64,000 bases of DNA from Eledone cirrhosa. Taxonomy: Eukaryota. This document shows, in pieces, positions 1 through 64,000 of the stretch (its first letter is position 1; the number at the start of each line of letters is the position of its first letter). A model generated the notes under the pieces. That model saw only the letters and a list, made by a program, of their open reading frames with translations, was not told where the DNA came from and ran no database searches. The translations under genes were made by a program, and so were the position numbers. The DNA lies in contig OZ024763.1 of NCBI GenBank assembly GCA_964016885.1, positions 15,252,001 to 15,316,000 on the forward strand, written 5' to 3'.

Positions 1-1975
1 TTCACTGTTTTATGTTATATTATAGACTAAATATACACATCTTGACCACTGCTACTTTCTCCATCCATTCTTCACTGTTTTATGTTATATTATAGACTAA
101 ATATACACATCTTGACCACTGCTACTTTCTCCATCCATTCTTCACTGTTTTATGTTATATTATAGACTAAATATACACATCTTGACCACTGCTACTTTCT
201 CCATCCATTCTTCACTGTTTTATGTTATATTATAGACTAAATATACACATCTTGACCACTGCTATTTTCTCCATCCATTCTTCACTGTTTTATGTTATAT
301 TATAGACTAAATATACACATCTTGACCACTGCTACTTTCTCCATCCTTTCTTCACTGTTTTATGTTATATTATAGACTAAATATACACATCTTGACCACT
401 GCTACTTTCTCCATCCATTCTTCACTGTTTTATGTTATATTATAGACTAAATATACACATCTTGACCACTGCTACTTTCTCCATCCTTTCTTCACTGTTT
501 TATGTTATATTATAGACTAAATATACACATCTTGACCACAGCTACTTCATCCATTCTTCACTGTTTTGTTATATTATAAACTAAATATACACATCTTGAC
601 CACTGCTACTTTCTCCATCCTTTCTTCACTGTTTTATGTTATATTATAGACTAAATATACACATCTTGACCACTGCTATTTTCTCCATCCATTCTTCACT
701 GTTTTATGTTATATTATAGACTAAATATACACATCTTGACCACTGCTACTTTCTCCATCCATTCTTCACTGTTTTATGTTATATTATAGACTAAATATAC
801 ACATCTTGACCACTGCTACTTTCTCCATCCATTCTTCAGTTTTATGTTATATTATAGACTAAATATACACATCTTGACCACTGCTACTTTCTCCATCCAT
901 TCTTCACTGTTTTATGTTATATTATAGACTAAATATACACATCTTGACCACTGCTACTTTCTCCATCCATTCTTCACTGTTTTATGTTATATTATAGACT
1001 AAATATACACATCTCGACCACTGCTACTTTCTCCATCCATTCTTCACTGTTTTATGTTATATTATAGACTAAATATACACATCTTGACCACTGCTACTTT
1101 CTCCATCCTTTCTTCACTGTTTTATGTTATATTATAGACTAAATATACACATCTTGACCACAGCTACTTCATCCATTCTTCACTGTTTTATGTTATATTA
1201 TAGACTAAATATACACATCTTGACCACTGCTACTTTCTCCATCCTTTCTTCACTGTTTTATGTTATATTATAGACTAAATATACACATCTTGACCACTGC
1301 TATTTTCTCCATCCATTCTTCACTGTTTTATGTTATATTATAGACTAAATATACACATCTTGACCACTGCTACTTTCTCCATCCATTCTTCACTGTTTTA
1401 TGTTATATTATAGACTAAATATACACATCTTGACCACTGCTACTTTCTCCATCCATTCTTCACTGTTTTATGTTATATTATAGACTAAATATACACATCT
1501 TGACCACTGCTACTTTCTCCATCCATTCTTCACTGTTTTATGTTATATTATAGACTAAATATACACATCTTGACCACTGCTACTTTCTCCATCCATTCTT
1601 CACTGTTTTATGTTATATTATAGACTAAATATACACATCTTGACCACTGCTACTTTCTCCATCCATTCTTCACTGTTTTATGTTATATTATAGACTAAAT
1701 ATACACATCTTGACCACTGCTACTTTCTCCATCCATTCTTCACTGTTTTATGTTATATTATAGACTAAATATACACATCTTGACCACTGCTACTTTCTCC
1801 ATCCATTCTTCACTGTTTTATGTTATATTATAGACTAAATATACACATCTTGACCACTGCTACTTTCTCCATCCATTCTTCACTGTTTTATGTTATATTA
1901 TAGACTAAATATACACATCTTGACCACTGCTACTTTCTCCATCCATTCTTCACTGTTTTATGTTATATTATAGAC
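1..1975. repeat. 70-bp minisatellite, about 28 copies, running into the STN1 exon-1 acceptor
   Basis: Unit ttcactgttttatgttatattatagactaaatatacacatcttgaccactgctactttctccatccattc at 1, 71, 141... Confidence 0.97.
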
Positions 1976-1990
1976 TCATGCAACTTAACC

Positions 1991-28999
<27,009 letters not shown>

Positions 29000-29276
29000 A
29001 ACTGTTCTCACAAACTACTGGCATGTGTTGCTGTTATTGTTGTTGTTTAACCCTTTAGCATTTAAACTGGCTGTATCAGGTAAAGAGTTTACCATGAAAA
29101 TATAATAATAAATATAGAGTAATGTAAATGGTAAAGGGTTAATAAAGATTAATTACTGGATTAATTCCCTACTTTAAAGGTTACATTATCATCACCATCA
29201 TCATCTCTAAAATTGTCAAGAAGGCCGAAGGTGTCTTGGCTATTTTGTGTTCTGCCGTCGGGGTCGTGACTCTTTT

Positions 29277-29319
<43 letters not shown>

Positions 29320-29725
29320 TTCATTTTACGTCTGCTTTTTCCTGCTTGCAAGGGTGGGACGGGAACTGATTCTGGCTTGATTTCTACAGCTGGATGCCCT
29401 TCCTAACACCAACCTCATTTACAGTGAGTGCTGGGTGCTTTTTTTCCATGGCACCTCCACGACCACTTTGCAGTGGAATGATAGGGACCCCAGCTGAGTA
29501 AACTGGATATATAAATAAATTTAATTCCAAAGAGAAAAAACCAGAACATTTTTCTATGAGTGTTCATTATACTCTGAAGAAGGGAATTTTAACTCCCAAA
29601 ATATTAGGATGAAAAAAAATAACAGCCACAAAAAGAAACAAAAAAAAACAGGTAATTACTAGGTAACTTACCATCCATTTTGCATTGTTTAGCCACTGTA
29701 TATCACTTTCCACATTATATATATA

Positions 29726-30359
29726 CAGGGTGCGAACGATATTTGTTCGCAAGATTACTGTCTAGGAAAAAATAACACAGTAGTTTTATTTTTTAAGATA
29801 TATTTATCAAACTTGGGTCAGTTTGTCTTCATGACTTGTTCTTTCGATCTCATTCGATAAACCCGCCATTGGCTTTGATGACGGGCTCAAGGTGGCCTCG
29901 GAACCGGCTACAGGCCTTCGTCACTGTCCCCCGACTTAGGCCCCTAAAGGCACTTGTGATCCTGGCCTTCAGATCGTCTTTCGTGTTGCAGTTAGATCTG
30001 TTGGTGTCTCCTTCCACTGCGCCCCACACAAAGAAGTCGAGGGGGTTGCAGTCAGGCAAGCTGGGAGGCCAGCTGTCAGGTGACATGTGGTCGACGAAGT
30101 TCTCTGACAGCCAGGCTTGGGTCTTTCGGCTGGTATGGCAGGGCGCTGAATCTTGCTGCCACACGTACGGCCTACCTGGTCGATCCAGGGCTTTACTACC
30201 TCACTCAGAACGCGGATGTAGCCATCGGTGTTCAGCTTGAGGCCCTCAGGGAAGAAGTGAGGTGGCATGACGTCACCTTGGCTGCTGGCGACACCTAAGA
30301 CCAATGTTGTGGCTGGAAACTTTGTCTGCATGACTCTGCGCACGTCTTTGGATGAGACA
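29726..30359 (-). mobile_element. Truncated DD37D (maT-type) Tc1/mariner transposon
   Basis: TA|CAGGGTGCGAACGATATTTGTTCGCAA TIR; WQQDSAPCH...WPPSLPDCNPLDFFVWG; frameshifted. Confidence 0.88.
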
Positions 30360-32736
30360 CCATGCTGAAGCATATGTACTGTATGCTCCATCCCCCAGCC
30401 CACACTGTAAAGTGGACATGTAAAAGACACGACAAAAAGCACACAACGTGGTTGGCATTAGGAAGGGCAACCAGCGAGACACAGTCACCCGACCCAACTT
30501 GCCTCTAAATGGGACCTGTCTAACCCATGCTGGCATGGAAGATAGACGATAATCGATGGTGATATATATCATCATCATCACTGTTTAATGTCCATTTTTA
30601 CACACTAGCATGGATTAGACTAGTTGTCCTGTTGTGAGACAAGCCAGATCAGGTGACCGTGTCTTGCTCATACAGAACTGGTTTGGGCCTGGTTTCTACA
30701 GATGGATGCACTTCCACATTCAAAATAGTAGGTGCACAGGATAAAGACAATTAGAAAAACTGATAGTCCCATCTCTTCAGTCAACCTCTGGAAATCACTA
30801 CAGTTTTGGTGCATTAAGGTTGGTATCATTCATTCCAGTGCACATCGGGATATAACAAAACAGGTAGAGTCAAGTTATATTTTTAGGCGAATTACACAAA
30901 TATAGGGGAAAAGAATCACAAGAGCATCAACTGACAAAGAAGGAAGAGAACAGAGCATGAAGGCTTAGCCAAAGGGGGAAAAAATATAGAAAGAAGACAA
31001 ATAGTAAAACAGAAGAGAATTAAAAACTGTACAAAAAAGGGAGACTAGAGGAAGACAGACTGGGTGATGTGATATCTATTATAAGATAGTTTCTCTAAAA
31101 GCTAGCATTGCTAAGTCTTCAGAATATAAATTCAAAACAGGGATCACACAGGACAAAGAGTCCTTATTCTCTTGTTTTACTATTTTTCTCCTTTGGCTAA
31201 GCCATCACATACCGTTCTCTCTGTTCAACAGTTGACGCACTTGGAATACTTTTTCCTCTATCATCATCTCCATTTTTCCATGCTAGCATGGGTTAGACAA
31301 ATTATCCTGTTGTGGGCAATGCTAGGTCAGGTGACCATGTCTTGCTCATACAGAACTGATTTAGGCTTGGTTTCTACAGCTGGATGTCCTTCCTAACACC
31401 AACCTCATTTACAGTGAGTACTGAGTGCTTTTTGTCGTGACACCTACACAACCACTTTACAGTGTGGTCTGGGCGCTTTTTGTCGTGACACCAACACAAC
31501 CACTTTACTGTGTGGGCTGGGTGCTTTCTGTCATGACACCTACACAACCACTTTACAGTGGGAGGGGTCATACTGTATATATGCTTCAGCTTCAGCCTGA
31601 ACCCATGGGAAGTCGAGTCTTCTGAATGACTGCGTAATGCCAGAGATCTTGGTCCTGTGTCATCATCTTTGAGAGGTGCAATTGGGCAAGGTCAGCTCTA
31701 TATTTGTGTAAGCCAGCTAAAGGCACAATTTGTCCCTACCTGTTTTAGTGAGGGCCATATTGCCTGGGTATAGTCTTTACATAGGTAGTGGTACATTCCT
31801 ACCTGACAACTCATAACATTTCCAAATAAACCAACAAAGACAGATAAAATTGAATAAAAGATTTATTAATAATATTAATATCAATAATGGCATTCATTCA
31901 TCATCATCATCATTATCACTGTTTAACATCTATGTTTTCCCCATTTTCCCCATGCTTGCATGGGTTAGACGGGTCATCCAGGTTATGTGACAAGTCTGGC
32001 CAGTTAACCGTGCCATATCTTGCTCAAACGGAACTGTAATAATTGTTTCTACTTTAGGCACAAGGCCAGCAATTACCCCAGAGCATTACTGGTACTTTAT
32101 TTTATCGACCCCCGTAAGGATGAAAGGCAAAGTCAACCTCGGTGGGATTTGAACTCAGAATGGCAAGGGCCGTAACTCAATGCGTCAAAGCATGGCGTCC
32201 GACCCTCTACCGGTACTGCCAATCTAAATAATTGTTTCTACTTTAGGCACAAGGCCAGCAAACACCCAGTGCATTACTGGTACTTTATTTTATCGACCCC
32301 CGTAAGGATGAAAGGCAAAGTTAACCTCGGCGGAATTTGAACTCAGATCATACAGGGACGTAACTATGATATTATATGATTGAAAAGTTATTAAATATAA
32401 CTGGAATAGTTTAAGGTTAGCATAAGCTGTATCCTGATTGGTAGAAGTATCGTGTGTGTGTCCATAATATAGATATGTATATATATATATATATATATAC
32501 ATACATATATGCATGCTATATATATATATATATATATGTATATACGCACATATATTTATATATATATACACACACACATATATATCATCATCATCATCCT
32601 CATCGTTTAACGTCTATCTTCCATGCTAGCATGGGTGTATATATATATATATATATATGTAATAAAAAAAAAAAAATAAATGCAGAGAAAATGTCTTGTG
32701 TGGAAAGACATGAACATCAAGAAAATTTGTGATGAT

Positions 32737-58976
<26,240 letters not shown>

Positions 58977-60515
58977 CTGAAACATATTTGACAGTGGTAA
59001 ATAATACTTAACCTTTAACATGCTGAAATTTTTTTATGGATTGCTTTGTTACATCCTCTGTTTTTGTTTTTTACACGCAGAAATGCCCATTTGTACCGTA
59101 CTGTATTGTCCTGCACTGTCCTTAATGTCTACTTTATGTAAACCCGTGTGGTTAATAAAGAAATCATTATATATTAAAGGGAGATTACTCTATCAGCGAC
59201 ATAATGCGCCTAGAGCATCCAAGAGATTAATTATCTCTTTCGTTACAAGTAAAATTATGATGGAAGGTTTTTAAATAAATAAAAACACTTTACCCCTTTC
59301 ATTACCTTCTTTCTAATGAGGTACATTGTCGATAGTTATCAAATAATTTTTTAAAAAGTGATTAATTTGGAGGGATTTAGTAATATAACTAACTTTCTCA
59401 CTATTAAATTGGTGTCTTGGAACATCTATATACTACTAAAACTTGCTTGCTTGAGTGCTTGTCTGTAATATAATACAGCCAAAAGGGCGCATAATGGGAA
59501 ATACTTTGAAAGGAAGTTGACCCTGAAATGGGAATACAAATGGAATAAAACAAGTTTCGAGTAAATTGGAGCGTGTGTTCCCGAGATATGGGGTTTTCTG
59601 GGCACTTTCATAAACAGAGAGAGAGAAGGATAGAGAGAAAAAGATAGTGGTTGTGTGAGAGTAGACTGAAAGAGAGACGCAAAGAGCGAGCGAAAGGAGC
59701 CAGAGAAGGAAAATGGAAAGTATATATAATATATTGCTTATTTTAAGATTCACTTGTTCCCGGTTAGTGTCCATTATATCTTGTGGATTGGCAGTGTCAG
59801 TAGAGGGTCAGACGCTATGCTTTGATGCATAGAGTTATGGTCCTTGCCATTCTGAGTTTAAATCCTGCCGAGGTTAACTTTGCCTTTCATCCTGACGGGG
59901 TCGATAAAATAAAGTACCAGTAATGCACTGGGTAATTGCTGGCCTTGTGCCTAACGTAGAAACAATTATATCTTAACACATAGCCGTTCACTATATCACA
60001 TCGCTTATATAACCTTTAGCATTTACATTACTCTATATATACTATTGTATTTTCAAGGTAAAGGCTTTATCTCACATATCTAATCTATGAGATTTTGATG
60101 ATATTTATTTTGAGAACAATACTTTAACATTGGTATCAGTGGCCAGTTACAGCCAGTTTGAACAGAAAGAGGTGAGAGAATGCAGTTTATATATAATATC
60201 ATCTCTTTTAAATGTATCATGGATTACTTTATTGATTACAGAAGAGTGTGTAACACAGTCACTCTTCAATTTCTGTGTATATTCTCAATTACGATTTTAT
60301 TTGACGTATCATATCTACATGTATATATATTTGTGTATAATATCAATATATTAATATGTACACTACACATGCTAGAAAAAAACCTCCCTAAGGGTGGTTT
60401 TTGTGCTAGTATTATATAATTAATAATTTAAAGGGCAGACATTGCTTGAATGCCATTTAAATTATTAATTATTCAACTGATAAATTGATTGATTTTTTTC
60501 TAATGGAGCTACATT

Positions 60516-60554
<39 letters not shown>

Positions 60555-60593
60555 ATATTAAATAAATGGAAACTATATTTATAAAACCATATT

Positions 60594-60656
60594 TATTTTA
60601 TTATATATATTTCAAGGGTACCAAGGCACACTGGTATGCTTTCCTCAGATAAAATA
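60594..60656 (-). ncRNA. Minimal type-I hammerhead ribozyme motif (same family as 54314-54378)
   Basis: Minus strand: tattttat-CTGAGGA-aagcatacca gtgtgcct tggtaccctt-GAAA-tatatATA-ataaaata; perfect 8-bp helix I. Confidence 0.72.
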
Positions 60657-61414
60657 CAAAGTTTGTTTTATAAATAGAGACATACCAATGAAAATCATAC
60701 CTTATCGGTTGGATATTCTCTGGATAGTGGAAATATATTAGGGATTTTTCAAACTTATGGGTGGATATGCAAATGAATATGTAAATATATATGTAAATAT
60801 ATATTTGTCGGACTTCCAACAAATTAAATACCCCTTCTACTTATATATATATATAAAAGAAAATTTTGCTCTACATGGCTGAATACAATAAATGTAATAT
60901 GAGTTTTTCGAATATTAATAATAACATTTGATTCGTTTGCAATTATGCAAACAAGCCTCAACTTTATAGCCATGTCAGTAGAATGAACACTTCATTCTTG
61001 CTCTTGTGTTGGCATGCGAACAGAACTGCAGACACTAATGTTTCTGGGTATCACCCTTCATCAGTACAGCTCACTGTTCACCTGCCAAACTGTCAGAGCT
61101 AGTGAAAATATATGCTATTTTCGAAAATACACAGTGACTGATCGGCCTGATTTGCATATTAGCAGACTGACTGATCAGTCAGATCTGCATATTAGCAGAT
61201 CCACTGATCAGCCACTTTTGCTTGGCCATGTTTGATAAGTAGGAAAGGAACTGGCATAAATTCCATAAAATGTACGCAATGCAGATCTTGGGTACACAAG
61301 AGATGTAGTGGGATAGCAGGCAAACTAACAGGTAGGGAAAACTATGTATGCAGTAGATGTACAGGGAAAGTTGGTGGTAGGGAAAGTTGGTGGTAGTTAT
61401 AGCAGTGATAGACA

Positions 61415-62070
61415 CATTTTTCCAATGCAGGTGGATTCTATAGAAGCGGTTGATAGCTTCCAGTACCTAGGTGATCAGATTAGCATGGGAGGGAGGGGGG
61501 GTGTTCTGAGGCCATAGTATCTAGAATAAGGACGGGTTGGAAGAAGTTTAGGGAGCTGCTTCCTCTGTTGACAAAGAAGGGTTTCTCCATGCGTACAAAA
61601 AAAACGGTTATATGATGCCTGTGTGAGATGCGCGATGCTGCATGGTAGTGAGACATGGGCAGCAACTGCAGAGGATATGCGACGGCTGGAGAGAAATGAA
61701 TCAAGCATGCTCCGTTGGATGTGCAATGTCAATGTGTGGGAACAACCAAGCATGGATGTGTTGAGAAAGAAACTGGGTATAAGAGGGATAAGTTGTGGTG
61801 TGCAGGAGAGAAGGCTGAGATGGTATGGACATGTGATGCGCATGGAGGATGACCGCTGGGTAAAGAAGTGCCAAGAAATCCCAGTAGAAGGAAGATGCAG
61901 TAGAGGAAGACCACGAAAATCATGGGCAGGAGTGGTGAGAGCTGACCTCAGATCGCTGAAACTCACCAAGGAGATGACGAAGGACCGTGACGAGTGGAGA
62001 GATGCTGTGCTGAATAGGACCCATCCAACCCTTGCAAGCAGGGAAAAGCAGACGTAAAATGATGATGCCG
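61415..62070 (+). mobile_element. RTE-clade LINE 3' fragment with (GAT)n tail
   Basis: FQYLGD, LHGSETW, MLRWMCNV, RRLRWYGHVMRM, RGRPRKSW, DRDEWR. Confidence 0.88.
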
Positions 62071-62098
62071 ATATATATAAATATAATATATATAATAT

Positions 62099-62149
<51 letters not shown>

Positions 62150-62183
62150 TAATATATAATATATATAATATATATAATATATA

Positions 62184-62215
<32 letters not shown>

Positions 62216-62688
62216 ATATATATAGGCATCATCATTTTACGTCTGCTTTTCCCTGCTTGCAATATATAATATATAATATATATATATATATAAATATATA
62301 TAAAATATATATATATATATATAAATATATATATATAAAATATATATATATATAAAATATATATATATATATAAATATATATATAAAATATATATATATA
62401 AAATATATATATATATATATAATATATATATATAAAATATATATATATATAAAATATATATATAAAATATATATATATATAATATATAATATATATAATA
62501 TATATATAAAATATATATATATATAAAATATATATATAAAATATATATATATATAATATATATATATATAATATATATATATATAATTTATATTATATAT
62601 ATAATATATATAATATATATATATATATATAATATATATATATAATATGGAGGAAGTTATAGTTTACTTGAAGCATTGTGTAATGAGG

Positions 62689-63044
62689 TATAAACGTTTG
62701 TAGATGTATAATAAAGCCAAAACAATGCAGGTATGGGCATAGAATAAAGAATGCAAATGCAAAAGATATTGTTGACAATTAGTCTTTTACCTTAGATTTA
62801 TTTAAATGTTCTTAATTTTCGAGATAATATCTCTTCTTCAGAGGGAAGTAAAGCGGTTAAACCAGTGTTCTAAATAGTTTTCCAAGGCATGACTTGGCAA
62901 ACTAATTATCTCGAAAATTAAGGACATTTAAATAAATCTAAGGTAAAAGACTAATTGTCAACAATATCTTTTGCATTTGCATTCTTTATTCTATGTCCAT
63001 ACCTGCATTGTTTTGGCTTTATTATACATATACAAACGTTTATA
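62689..63044. repeat. Fold-back palindrome, about 140-bp arms
   Basis: 62689-62828 vs 62905-63044. Confidence 0.92.
62808..62847 (-). ncRNA. Weak minimal hammerhead motif at arm/loop junction of palindrome
   Basis: Minus strand: ccct-CTGAAGA-a gagat att atctc-GAAA-ATTA-agaa; helix I poor. Confidence 0.4.
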
Positions 63045-63377
63045 TATAATATAATATATATAATATATATATATATATAAAATATATATATATATAATAT
63101 ATATATAATATATATATATATAATATATATAATATATATATATATATATAATATATATATAATATATATAATATAAAATATATTCAGGTTTGAGGTTCAC
63201 CACTGTATAGAGCTGGTCTATTCCGTATGGTCAATCGTAATGCAATAATATAGAGAGTACTCAACGTAAAGCAGTTCAACCGTCTTTGTTTTTGTAGTTG
63301 GTGGTGCTATTACGGAGTTAAATATTATAATGGAATGACAGGAGGCTGGATTTGTGTAAATCCTTGAAAGGTTTATT

Positions 63378-63435
63378 ATACTATGATCATTTCAATGACC
63401 GGGTTCCGTATGAATCCGGTGATATCATCAGGTAT
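63378..63435 (-). ncRNA. Minimal hammerhead motif (left arm of palindrome)
   Basis: Reverse complement of 63630-63687. Confidence 0.62.
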
Positions 63436-63629
63436 TCGAAATATAATACGTGAATGTAATAGGTAAAATCCATGGGGCTGAAAATCGAGACCCGAGGGCG
63501 ACCGCTATTCTGTTCCTTCACCCTCAGGGCGACCGGCTGAGGTTGAAGGAACAGAATAGCGGTCGCCCTCGGGTCCTCGATTTTCAGCCCCATGGATTTT
63601 ATCTATTACATTCACATATTATATTTCGA

Positions 63630-63687
63630 ATACCTGATGATATCACCGGATTCATACGGAACCCGGTCATTGAAATGATCATAGTAT
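63630..63687 (+). ncRNA. Minimal hammerhead motif (right arm of palindrome)
   Basis: atac-CTGATGA-tatcaccgg...ccggtcatt-GAAA-TGATCATA-gtat; palindromic helix III atgatcat. Confidence 0.62.
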
Positions 63688-64000
63688 AATAAACCTTTCA
63701 AGGATTTACACAAATCCAGCCTCCTATCATTTTATTATAATATGATATATATATATAATATATATATATAATATAATATATATATAATATATATATATTA
63801 TATACAAATAAAAGACAGAGTTAATAACTCATATTGATACCCTGTAATTAACGTGGTATTTCAACCCTCGGAATTTTAGACACACGATTTACTGTGTTTA
63901 TTACTACATATATATATATATTTAATATATATATATATAATATATATACATATATATATAATATATATATATATATATAATATATATATATATAATATAT

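Larger units (their letters stand above)
63322..63743. repeat. Fold-back palindrome, about 205-bp arms, 9-bp loop
   Basis: 63322-63527 vs 63537-63743; single-arm homologue at about 21430-21715. Confidence 0.92.

Noticed and set aside
59000-64000. Upstream MVP exons
   Set aside because: No minus-strand segment encoding the expected N-terminal vault repeats was found; they presumably lie beyond the window

Overview
Repeat-rich, AT-rich animal genomic DNA; the SINE/RTE repertoire and (TA/CA)n load suggest an octopus or other cephalopod (inference). Two spliced genes converge tail-to-tail. STN1 (CST complex) is complete on +: 8 coding exons, 1991-28999, 348 aa assembled by hand with consistent intron phases. 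MVP (major vault protein) is on -: its 3' 11 exons lie at 58976-32737 and the 5' exons are outside the window. Almost all long ORFs in the supplied track are microsatellite or minisatellite artefacts. Introns hold tRNA-derived and RTE-tailed SINEs, RTE and CR1-type LINE fragments, DD37D (maT) Tc1/mariner copies, piggyBac-type MITEs, non-autonomous Helitrons, a possible solo LTR and many TE-derived minisatellites abutting splice sites. The most unusual signal is a cluster of 7-9 minimal type-I hammerhead ribozyme motifs (CUGANGA...GAAA, palindromic helix III, NUH) from several unrelated sequence families, mostly at 52-64 kb. They sit in (TA)n tracts, often inside 120-205 bp fold-back palindromes, resembling non-autonomous Penelope-like/retrozyme elements. 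All calls are from reading the sequence; no searches or folding programs were run.
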